A stretch of DNA of 64,000 nt from assembly GCA_965248195.1 (NCBI GenBank), contig CBDFIQ010000002.1:768001-832000 (forward strand), given 5' to 3'. The position numbers and the translations under genes were made by a program. The stretch comes from Longimicrobiales bacterium (GTDB lineage: Bacteria > Gemmatimonadota > Gemmatimonadetes > Longimicrobiales > Gaopeijiaceae). The notes under the pieces were generated by a model that was given only the letters and a program-made list of their open reading frames with translations, had not been told where the DNA came from and ran no database searches. Below, piece after piece: positions 20,348-28,791 of this stretch (position 1 is its first letter; the number at the start of each line of letters is the position of its first letter).

Positions 20348-21262
20348 ATGCTCGATGATCGACTGACGGAGCAGAGAAATCCGCGTTCTTCGGCGATGGA
20401 CGTGTTGTCTCCGCTCGAGCTGGTCGACCTCATAAACCTCGAGGATCGCGCCGTGGCGGAGGCCGTTGGATCCCAGCGGCTCGCCATCGCCCGGGCGATC
20501 GAGTTGGTCGTGGAGGCCTTCCGCAGCGGGGGGCGCATGATCTATGTGGGTGCGGGGACCTCGGGACGGCTGGGTGTTCTGGATGCGGCGGAGATGCCGC
20601 CGACGTTTGGAACCGATCCTGAAATGGTGCAGGGTATCATCGCGGGTGGACGAGAGGCGCTGGTCCGGTCCCAGGAGGGCGCTGAAGATCGTCCGGAGGA
20701 CGGCGCGGCCGAGATCGATCACCTGGCCGTCGATCCGAAAGACTTTGTGCTGGGGATCGCCACCTCGGGCACGACCCCGTTCGTTCATGGCGCTTTGGCC
20801 CGCGCCCGCGAATGCGGTGCGCATACGGGCTTTCTCCTTTGTACACCTCCGGCGCCCGAGCTCCTCGAGACCCACGATGTGGTCATCGCCCCTTTGGTCG
20901 GTCCGGAGGTCGTGACGGGCTCCACCCGCATGAAGGCGGGAACCGCCACCAAGATGGTTCTCAATACGATCACGACCGGCGCGATGGTCATGACCGGAAA
21001 GGTGTTCGGAAATCTCATGGTGGACCTCCAGGCGAAGTGTGAAAAGCTCCAGGATCGCGGCGAGCGCATCCTGATGACGACCCTCGATGTGGACCGAGCC
21101 CGGGCCTCGGAGCTCCTCGAGGCGGCAGGGGGCGGCGTGAAGACCGCGCTCGTCATGGAACGTCGCGGGGTCGGGGTTGCGGAAGCGGGGCGGTTGCTCG
21201 AAGAGGCGGGGGGCGTGCTCGCCCGCGTGATCGGGAGTCTGGATGAGGACCCGTCCGCGTGA
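20348..21262 (+). CDS. murQ: N-acetylmuramic acid 6-phosphate etherase
   Basis: TEQRN, GAGTSGRLG.LDA.E.PPTF, GSTRMKAGTA and N.MVD motifs. Confidence 0.96.
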   Translation: MLDDRLTEQRNPRSSAMDVLSPLELVDLINLEDRAVAEAVGSQRLAIARAIELVVEAFRSGGRMIYVGAGTSGRLGVLDAAEMPPTFGTDPEMVQGIIAGGREALVRSQEGAEDRPEDGAAEIDHLAVDPKDFVLGIATSGTTPFVHGALARARECGAHTGFLLCTPPAPELLETHDVVIAPLVGPEVVTGSTRMKAGTATKMVLNTITTGAMVMTGKVFGNLMVDLQAKCEKLQDRGERILMTTLDVDRARASELLEAAGGGVKTALVMERRGVGVAEAGRLLEEAGGVLARVIGSLDEDPSA

Positions 21263-22461
21263 CACCGGGGGATCTTTTCGTGGGCCTCATGTCGGGCACA
21301 TCCATCGACGGGATCGACGCCGTGCTCGCACGGATCGACGGCGACTCCCGCGGGGCCTTCCGGTGGAGCCTGCTCGCCTTCAACACCACCGCCTACGACG
21401 AGGGTGACAGAAAAGTGATCCTGGAAGCTCTCGAAGACGGCACACCGGAGACGCTGTGCCGGTTGGACGCCTCGCTCGGCGAGTGGTTCGCGTCAGCGGT
21501 TCGGGACGTGTGTGAGGCCGGCGGTGTGGAGACCCGAAATCTCGCGGCCATCGGTTCGCATGGGCAAACCGTGTGGCACATTCCGCCGACCGATGCCGCA
21601 CGCGGAGCCACGCTCCAACTGGGGGACGCGGCTACGCTCGCCGAGCGTACAGGGGCGCCGGTCATAAGCGATTTCAGGAGCCGGGATGTCGCGGCCGGCG
21701 GGCATGGCGCTCCGCTCGTGCCCTGGCTCGATCAACTGTTGTTCTCCGCTGTGGATCGCCGGCGCGCCATCCAGAACCTGGGGGGGATGGCCAACGTTAC
21801 CTGGTTGCCGCCTAGGGGTTCTCAGGAGCCGGTGATCGCGTTCGACACGGGACCGGGTGTGGCCTTGATCGACGGGGCCGTGCGGCGCGCCACCGACGGT
21901 GCCTCGCCGTGCGATCAAAACGGGGCGATGGCGCTCCGGGGGCAAGTGGACGAGTCGCTGCTCACCGTGCTCCTCGAGGACGCATACTTCCGCGCTCCAC
22001 CGCCCAAGTCGACGGGCCGGGAGCATTTCGGAAGGGCACTCCTGGATCGGGTGGCGACTGGCTTGGACCCCGGCGGGGACGAGGATGCGTGGTGTGATCT
22101 CGTCGCCACGCTCACGGCCTTCACCGCCCACTCGATCGCGGAGGCCTATCGAACGTGGGTGCTTCCCATGGGTCTCGATGAGGTTTTCCTGGTCGGGGGT
22201 GGTGCGAATAATCCAGCCTTGGCCCAGGTGATCAAACAGGAGCTCGACAGCGTACCGGTAAAGGACGGCAAGGAGCTGGGCGTCGATCCGGACGCGCGCG
22301 AGGCACTGGCCTTCGCGTTTCTTGCGTGGGCGCATCTCCACGGTATCGCCGGGAACATCCCCTCGGTTACCGGTGCCGAGGCCCCCCGAGTTCTGGGGTC
22401 CCTGACACCCGCCGGCACTATGACATCGGGAGCAGACATGACCGCCGGGGCGCGCAAATGA
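21259..22461 (+). CDS. anmK: anhydro-N-acetylmuramic acid kinase
   Basis: GLMSGTSIDGID, GSHGQT, DFR..D.AAGG.GAPLVP, FDTGPG and KSTGRE motifs. Confidence 0.96.
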   Translation: MTPGDLFVGLMSGTSIDGIDAVLARIDGDSRGAFRWSLLAFNTTAYDEGDRKVILEALEDGTPETLCRLDASLGEWFASAVRDVCEAGGVETRNLAAIGSHGQTVWHIPPTDAARGATLQLGDAATLAERTGAPVISDFRSRDVAAGGHGAPLVPWLDQLLFSAVDRRRAIQNLGGMANVTWLPPRGSQEPVIAFDTGPGVALIDGAVRRATDGASPCDQNGAMALRGQVDESLLTVLLEDAYFRAPPPKSTGREHFGRALLDRVATGLDPGGDEDAWCDLVATLTAFTAHSIAEAYRTWVLPMGLDEVFLVGGGANNPALAQVIKQELDSVPVKDGKELGVDPDAREALAFAFLAWAHLHGIAGNIPSVTGAEAPRVLGSLTPAGTMTSGADMTAGARK

Positions 22462-22492
22462 CGCCCGGGGCAGGGACATGACGCCGACAGCC
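22420..22492 (+). repeat. four ATGAC-initiated 18-20 bp units at the anmK stop / next gene start
   Basis: ATGAC at 22420, 22438, 22458 and 22478, each followed by similar GC-rich sequence. Confidence 0.7.
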
Positions 22493-24169
22493 GAGGAGAG
22501 GCCGACCGCATGGTCGATTCCTCCGGCGATGATTCTCGTGGTCGTGGCCCTGGTCCACCTGGCCATCGCGCTCCCGGCTCTGAGCTCCGCGCCCCACAAC
22601 GGCGGGGACAACGCCGGCTACCTGTCTCTGGCCCATTCGTTGGCTTCGGGTTCGGGATACGTCGAGACATGGGATCCCGCCTTGGCGCCGCACACGAAGT
22701 ACCCACCGCTCTACCCCGGGCTGCTCGCCGGGGCCATGGGGCTCGGCGCGGAGGCCTGGCTCACCTTCAAGATTCTGTCGCTGCTGTTGGTGACGGTCAC
22801 GGTGACGCTTTGTTTTGCCTGGGTGCGTGATCGACACGGAGTGTTTTTTGCGTCGGGCGTTGCGCTGGTGCTCGCGTTCTCGCCGGCCTTGCTTTGGTCC
22901 ACCAATTGGATCCTCTCGGATCCGCTCTTCCTGGCGCTGACTCTCGCGTGTCTTTGGAGTTTTCACAGAACGGATCACACCGCCTCGCCTTCGCGATGGA
23001 TTCTGGCCGGGTGCGCTTTTGCGATCCTCTCCACATTCACTCGGACGGCTGGGCTGCCCCTGGTGCTGGCGGTCGGCGCCGCATTCGGTCTCGCCCGCCG
23101 TTGGCGGGCACTCGCGGGTTTCACGGCAGTGTTCGTGGTGCCGAACCTGCTTTGGTGGCTTCGGTCGAGGGCGGGAGGTGAGGCCCAGTACGTATCCGAA
23201 TTCTGGATGATCGATCCGTACCAACCCGATCTGGGCCAAGCTGGCATCGGAGACCTATTGGCTCGAGTGCTCGAAAACCTTCAAGGTTATGTCCTTGTGC
23301 ACATCCCGGCTGGGTTGTCCCCGTGGTCGGGGGGCGCCCTCACGGCGCTGGGCGTGGTGCTGATGGCCACTGCGGTGACCGGGTGGGTCGCTCGGATCCG
23401 CGTGCGCCGGACCGTCGCCGAACTGTTCACGCCTCTGTACTTCGGGCTGATTCTGCTCTGGCCGGCCGTCTGGTCCGGCGATCGGTTCGCGCTACCGCTC
23501 TATCCGCTCGTGCTCTTCTATGCGGGCGAAGCCCTGATCCGCGGAGCGCGGCGTGTAAACCCTCGCCTGCCGCTGGCCGCAGGGGCGGTGGCGCTCGCCG
23601 CGTTGTTGGTGCCCTCCATGCAGGGTTGGGGACAATCTGTGACCCGGGCCACGGCCTGCCGTGAGCTCGTCCGGGTGGCGGGCCCTTTCGCGTGCTACGG
23701 TGAAGGCTTCCAGCAGTTCGTTTCTGCCGTGCGTTGGGTCGGCGAGAATGTTCCTGACGGGTCGGCCGTATTCAGCCGAAAACCCCGCATCTTCTATACA
23801 CTTTCGGGTGTCCGAAGCCGGACGTATCCGCTGAGCGCCGAGCCGGAACGCTTCTTCCGTGAGGCTCGTGAGGTCGGGGTCTCTTACGTCGTGCTCGATC
23901 GGGTGGATCGTTTGGGGGGCGCGTATGTAGGGGCGGTGGTCCGGGATCGTCCGTGGGCCTTCTGCGGGCTCGCCGGCGTGGGCCAGGGAGAGGGCCGTAC
24001 CCAGATTCTGGGGATCGTCGAGGGCGCGGTGGATCCGGGCGGCGGGGCCGTTGCCGCATCGACCGTCACGCTGGCAGCTTGCCCGCAAAGTATGGTACGC
24101 CTGGAGCCCAGACCCCTCCCCGCCTACTCGGCCGCGCGGCTGCCTCTTCTCGCGCTCCCCTCTCCGTAG
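22478..24169 (+). CDS. GT-C fold membrane glycosyltransferase (ArnT/PMT-like)
   Basis: GDNAGYLSLAHSL, KYPPLYP and LSDPLF motifs; many TM segments. Confidence 0.75.
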   Translation: MTPTAEERPTAWSIPPAMILVVVALVHLAIALPALSSAPHNGGDNAGYLSLAHSLASGSGYVETWDPALAPHTKYPPLYPGLLAGAMGLGAEAWLTFKILSLLLVTVTVTLCFAWVRDRHGVFFASGVALVLAFSPALLWSTNWILSDPLFLALTLACLWSFHRTDHTASPSRWILAGCAFAILSTFTRTAGLPLVLAVGAAFGLARRWRALAGFTAVFVVPNLLWWLRSRAGGEAQYVSEFWMIDPYQPDLGQAGIGDLLARVLENLQGYVLVHIPAGLSPWSGGALTALGVVLMATAVTGWVARIRVRRTVAELFTPLYFGLILLWPAVWSGDRFALPLYPLVLFYAGEALIRGARRVNPRLPLAAGAVALAALLVPSMQGWGQSVTRATACRELVRVAGPFACYGEGFQQFVSAVRWVGENVPDGSAVFSRKPRIFYTLSGVRSRTYPLSAEPERFFREAREVGVSYVVLDRVDRLGGAYVGAVVRDRPWAFCGLAGVGQGEGRTQILGIVEGAVDPGGGAVAASTVTLAACPQSMVRLEPRPLPAYSAARLPLLALPSP

Positions 24170-24831
24170 AGTAGCCCGAGCGTGACCCCGAACGCGACGT
24201 GGTCGGCCATGGACCCGGCCCCGGACCCGGCCCCAAAAACGCGCGGGCCAAGTAGCGCTGCCACGATCGGCATGGTCCGATGAGGGCCGGAAGCACCGAG
24301 GATGCCGTCGAGCCCGCCGAATGGGGATGTCATGTACTCCATGACGCCGAACGTGGCCCCGCGAAGCAGTGGCGATCCGGGGAGCCGGGGTTCGAGAACG
24401 GCCCCATAGAGCATGCCACGGGCGGCTCCCGTGAGGAGTTCGGCGGTCGGGTCGTAGGGGCTCTGTCCAACCCCCGGCTTCCCGTTTTTTCCGTTCCGAA
24501 ACAGGCTGAGCGCCAGAGCTGCGCCCGCTCCCGCCACGGCGGCACGCGTCAGGCGCAACCCTCCGGGCCGCCGCCCGGCCACGATCGAGACCAGCCGATC
24601 GCCGAGCATGCCGGTGCCGGTTGCGATGAGTTGATCCACGGTCGACGAGACGGGCCTGCGCTCGGCGGACCTACCTTTTCCCGCGGGTGGACCCTTCTTG
24701 GCGGACCGGACTTTCCCGGCGGACCGGACTCCCTGGGCCGACCGGGCTCCCTGGGCCGACCGGGCTCCGAGGCGGGCCGACTCGAGCGCATAACCCACGT
24801 GGTACCAGATGCTTTTCGACGGTTCGCGCAT
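24124..24831 (-). CDS. hypothetical membrane-associated protein
   Basis: ATG 24831 (MREPSKSIWYHVGYALE); hydrophobic C-terminal half; internal repeats. Confidence 0.65.
   Translation of the reverse strand: MREPSKSIWYHVGYALESARLGARSAQGARSAQGVRSAGKVRSAKKGPPAGKGRSAERRPVSSTVDQLIATGTGMLGDRLVSIVAGRRPGGLRLTRAAVAGAGAALALSLFRNGKNGKPGVGQSPYDPTAELLTGAARGMLYGAVLEPRLPGSPLLRGATFGVMEYMTSPFGGLDGILGASGPHRTMPIVAALLGPRVFGAGSGAGSMADHVAFGVTLGLLYGEGSARRGSRAAE
24700..24771. repeat. 4 x 18-bp tandem repeat
   Basis: GGCSGACCGGRCTYYCYN units encoding ARSAQG-like repeats. Confidence 0.8.
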
Positions 24832-24920
24832 GCCTTCGATCACTCGGAAACTCCAGTGGGTGGTCCAACGCTTCGAAGGGTGAGGATGATGCACGCGTTT
24901 GACAAGGTCAGCGAGGGAAG

Positions 24921-27900
24921 ATGCGCCGGAGCGCTTTGATCCTGTTGTGTTTCTTGACCGCCGGTGTGGCGGGTGCGCTGCGGCCAGCATCGGGACAGGT
25001 GCCGCCCGACGAGTCCTGGCGAAGCCTCGAGACCAGTCACTTCCGGGTCACGTTCCCGGAGGGCATGGACCCCCTGGCGCGAAGGGCGGCGTTTCAGGCC
25101 GAGCGGGCGTTCGAGGCGCTCAGCGAGGTCTTTCTCGATCCGCCGGGCGGGCTCATCGAGCTCCTTCTCACGGACCACACCGAAACGAGCAACGGCTTCG
25201 CCACGGCGGTCCCCTTCAACCGGATCATCGTGTACGTACGTCCGCCGATGGAGGGAGGCGGGCTCTCCCACTTCGACGAGTGGATGGAAGTCGTCATCAA
25301 GCATGAGCTCGTCCACGTCTTCCAGTTGGACTACACGGGGCCCCTCGGATCCCTGATCCGAAGTGTATTCGGTCGTTGGGAAGACGGGTGGCCGACCTTT
25401 CCCAGCTTTGATCTTCCGCGCTGGACGACCGAGGGTTTGGCGACCTATTACGAGTCGTCTCTCACAAAGTCAGGCCGGGTGCGCGGGAGTTATCTCGACA
25501 TGGTTCTCCGCACCGCAGTGTTGGAGGACGGTCTCGAGAGCTTGGACCAGATCACGGGAAGTTCACCGAATTGGCCAGCGGGAGACCGGGTCTACGTGTA
25601 CGGCGCAACGTTCTTTGACCATCTGAGTGAGACGTATGGGGAGGAGCGCCTGGGCGCGTTCGCCGACGCAATCGCACGCCAGTGGATTCCGTACCGAGTG
25701 AATGCGGGGGCGAAGGATGCATTCGGAGTCAGTTTTTCCGACCTGTGGGAGCGTTGGCGAACGGATCTGGAGGTCCGGTTCCGGGCCTTGGCCGATTCAT
25801 TGGCCGCGGCCGCTCCACTTACCGCAGGCGAGCCTCTCGCAGCCGAGGGGCGACGGGCTCTCTTCCCGTCTGTCTCGCCGGACGGAACACGGTTGGCCTT
25901 TGCACGCTCGGACGGACGAACGGACACCCAGATGCGCGTGGGCGATCCGGACGGCTCGAACGACCGTAAGTTATTACGATTGAGTAACTTGTCTGACTTT
26001 GCCTGGCTTCCGGATGGCTCTCTGGTGGTGTCCGAGGTAGAGTTCACCGATCCGTTTCGGCTCCAATCTGATCTGTTCCGTGTCGGCGCTGATGGCCGAA
26101 AGCGCCGGATCACGCGGGGCGCTCGGGTGGATCAGCCGACGCCCTCGCCTGACGGCCGGACGGTGGTGGCCGTTCAGTCCATGGGTGGCACGAACCGGTT
26201 GGTCCAGGTGGACCTCGAAACCGGTGAAATTCTGGCGCTCACCCCGTTTCTCGCGGATGTGCATTGGGCCTTTCCTGCCTGGTCCCCTGACGGCCGCTGG
26301 ATCGCCGCTTCCCGGTGGACCCCGGGGGCCCTCTACGATGTGGTGGTGATGGACCCAGAAGGGCGAATCGTCAGTCGAATCACGAACGTGCGGTCCGTGG
26401 ATCAGGCCCCCACCTGGTCTCCGGATGGGCGGTGGCTCTTGTGGGCGTCGGACCGCAGCGGTATCCCCAACATCTATGCCAGGGAGATCGATCCTGCGTC
26501 CGCGGCGCCGGGGCCCTTGAGGCAGGTGACGAACGTGCTGGGCGGGACGGCCTACCCGTCGGTCGGCCCCGAGGGCCGATGGATCTATTTTTCCAGTTAT
26601 CACAAGATCGGCTGGACCATCGAGCGGGTCCCATTCGATCCCGCAACGTGGTTCGATCCGCTCCCCATGAAGCCCGGATTTGCTCCGGGAGAGGGGCCGG
26701 AGGACGATCCCGAGAGCGCCCCGCTCGTGGGAGAAGTGGGGCCATACCGTGCGTCTTCTACGCTACGGCCCTACTTCTGGGGGCCTACGTATACGTCTAG
26801 CCTGAATCGGCCGGATCGGATAGGCGGGCCCATCAACACGGAGGTTCTGGGCCCAGCGCTCGGAGTACGCACCACCGGGGGCGATTTGGTCGGACGGCAC
26901 CGGTACGGAGTCGTGGCTCGGGTCCGAACGGATGGGCGGACCGACGCGGCCGTCAGCTATACCTACTCGGGCCTTGGAAACCCTCTTCTGGGTCTTTCCG
27001 CATCGCAGGATCACGGCGTCGACGGGCCCTTCGACATCGTGTCACCGTCCGGTGCCAACACCATGCTATTTGTGGCCGAAAAGGAGCGGTCCATCAGGGC
27101 CTCCAGTACCCTACGGCGTCAACGGGTTCGAAATCGCACGTCGCTGTCCTTCGCTGTGGCCCACATCTGGGAGGATCGCGAGCACCTGGAGACCGATCTC
27201 GAGCCCAGCGTGATTTCGGTTGTTCGTCCGCGCCGGCGGCTGGGCGAGGCCCAGGTGGGCGCCTCGTTCAACACGGCCCGGGCTTTCCCGTTTTCGACGA
27301 GCGCCGAGGCGGGTGTGCTGGCGAGGGTACGGGGGAGGACACGGCACGAGCTGTCGCTCTCGGACACCCTCCGTGGCTCGACGGGTTTCGACCGATCCTT
27401 CAATGAGGCGACCGGGGTCGTGCGGGCGTACCAGTCGGTTTCGGGGCCCGGCTTCTCCAATCACGTTCTCGCGGCGCGGGCATCCTTGGGTGTTGCCGAG
27501 GGGCCGGGGGCCGACGCCTTTCACTTCTCTGTCGGTGGAGCACAGGGACGACCGGAGAGTCTTACGGGGGCAGAGCTTTTCGGAGGCTCCCGACTGTTTT
27601 TCCCAGTTCGGGGATATTCCGAGGGCCGCCGCACCGGGAGATACGCCTGGTCGGTGTCCGGGGAGTACCGCTTCCCACTCTTCAACGTCCACCGGGGGAT
27701 CGGCCTCGTACCCGTACACATGGATCGAGTGAGTGGCGCCCTCTTCTTCGACGCGGGGAACGCATGGGGTGGCGTAGGTCCAGGCGCTGGTAGCCCCCAA
27801 AATCCGAGACGCAACGCGGTGGCGTCGGTGGGCGCCGAGCTTCAGAGTTCGATCACGGCCCTGTTTTCGACGCGCATGTTCTTTCGGCTTGGGGCGGCCC

Positions 27901-27959
27901 TGCGGTTGAATTCCGGTTCAGGCGGGCCGATTTATCTACGGCTAGGGACCGCGTTTTGA
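24921..27959 (+). CDS. secreted protein: gluzincin-like domain + PD40/TolB propeller + BamA-like barrel
   Basis: Signal peptide; HELVH...EGLA; repeated PxWSPDG; FPVRGY and FFDAG; C-terminal Phe. Confidence 0.82.
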   Translation: MRRSALILLCFLTAGVAGALRPASGQVPPDESWRSLETSHFRVTFPEGMDPLARRAAFQAERAFEALSEVFLDPPGGLIELLLTDHTETSNGFATAVPFNRIIVYVRPPMEGGGLSHFDEWMEVVIKHELVHVFQLDYTGPLGSLIRSVFGRWEDGWPTFPSFDLPRWTTEGLATYYESSLTKSGRVRGSYLDMVLRTAVLEDGLESLDQITGSSPNWPAGDRVYVYGATFFDHLSETYGEERLGAFADAIARQWIPYRVNAGAKDAFGVSFSDLWERWRTDLEVRFRALADSLAAAAPLTAGEPLAAEGRRALFPSVSPDGTRLAFARSDGRTDTQMRVGDPDGSNDRKLLRLSNLSDFAWLPDGSLVVSEVEFTDPFRLQSDLFRVGADGRKRRITRGARVDQPTPSPDGRTVVAVQSMGGTNRLVQVDLETGEILALTPFLADVHWAFPAWSPDGRWIAASRWTPGALYDVVVMDPEGRIVSRITNVRSVDQAPTWSPDGRWLLWASDRSGIPNIYAREIDPASAAPGPLRQVTNVLGGTAYPSVGPEGRWIYFSSYHKIGWTIERVPFDPATWFDPLPMKPGFAPGEGPEDDPESAPLVGEVGPYRASSTLRPYFWGPTYTSSLNRPDRIGGPINTEVLGPALGVRTTGGDLVGRHRYGVVARVRTDGRTDAAVSYTYSGLGNPLLGLSASQDHGVDGPFDIVSPSGANTMLFVAEKERSIRASSTLRRQRVRNRTSLSFAVAHIWEDREHLETDLEPSVISVVRPRRRLGEAQVGASFNTARAFPFSTSAEAGVLARVRGRTRHELSLSDTLRGSTGFDRSFNEATGVVRAYQSVSGPGFSNHVLAARASLGVAEGPGADAFHFSVGGAQGRPESLTGAELFGGSRLFFPVRGYSEGRRTGRYAWSVSGEYRFPLFNVHRGIGLVPVHMDRVSGALFFDAGNAWGGVGPGAGSPQNPRRNAVASVGAELQSSITALFSTRMFFRLGAALRLNSGSGGPIYLRLGTAF

Positions 27960-28407
27960 CTCTGCTCCACCCGCGACGCTTCCGCCTCCACCGCCGACGC
28001 TTCCGCCCCCACCGCCGACGCTTCCACCACCTCCGTATTCGCTACGCCTTTTTCCTGACCCGCAAGCTCGGCCATGCGATCCACGGAGGTGTGCATCTGT
28101 GCTTGCGTTTCTCGAAAGCGCATGTCGTCTTCCTGGCCTTCGTCTCTCGCGACCGCGGCAGCGTTGAGAACACGAATCAGCCGCAGGAAATGATCCCCTT
28201 CTTCGCGCAGGCCCAGGTAGCGGCGTTCGCTCGGTAGGATCCCGCTGGTGAGGCCCCAGACCCCGGCCTCGAGAATCAGGACGCCGATCAGGACCAGGAG
28301 CACTGGAGTTGAAGGCTGTTCGGCCCGAAGAGTACGGAGCCAAAGATGATCCCCATGCCCAAGAGGGGGATTCCGATCTCCATGCCGCGGCGGATTGTCC
28401 TTTTCAC
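27932..28407 (-). pseudogene. two-TM hypothetical membrane protein, frameshifted
   Basis: GGAGG then GTG 28407 (MKRTIRRGMEIGIPLLGMGIIFGSVLFGPNSLQLQ); joins VLLVLIGV... if one G is restored near 28303. Confidence 0.7.
27965..28027. repeat. 3 x 21-bp tandem repeat
   Basis: CTCCACCGCCGACGCTTCCGC-like units encoding AEASAVE near the C-terminus. Confidence 0.85.
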
Positions 28408-28623
28408 GCGTCGCCCTCCATAGGGTGCCAGGCCTTGAATCTTGAACGTCGAACTCCATTCGAATCGTACGTATGGGGATGTCGGTTGTACAGCAGTTTT
28501 TTTGGAGGAACGCCGCTCTAGCGCATCGCTTGCGTCCGCACCGCACCGATCCTCCGACTCGGGACACGGAGGCTGTCAGGCTTTGGTGGCCGAGGGCCCC
28601 AGATTTCGGATCGGCACACTTGA

Positions 28624-28701
28624 CCACAAGATATAGTGGGCGTAGCTTGCAAAGCCGCAATATTTCGTGGCCTTCAAGCGATTTTCCACAAAAAAGATGT
28701 T
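28624..28701 (+). promoter_or_regulatory. NrdR boxes upstream of nrdJ
   Basis: CCACAAGATATAGTGG (28624), CCGCAATATTTCGTGG (28655) and degenerate CCACAAAAAAGATGTT (28686), with 31-bp spacing. Confidence 0.8.
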
Positions 28702-28791
28702 CCCTGGCGAGGCGGGTTTTCGTCGGCTATCAACATAATCAGCGGGAGGGCTTCCACCGCCTTTCCACACTTTTACGCGGAGTGGTCAGGT

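Noticed and set aside
20189..21265. N-terminal extension of the 752-aa amidohydrolase ORF
   Set aside because: It is the antisense shadow of murQ; M20 similarity starts near 20188
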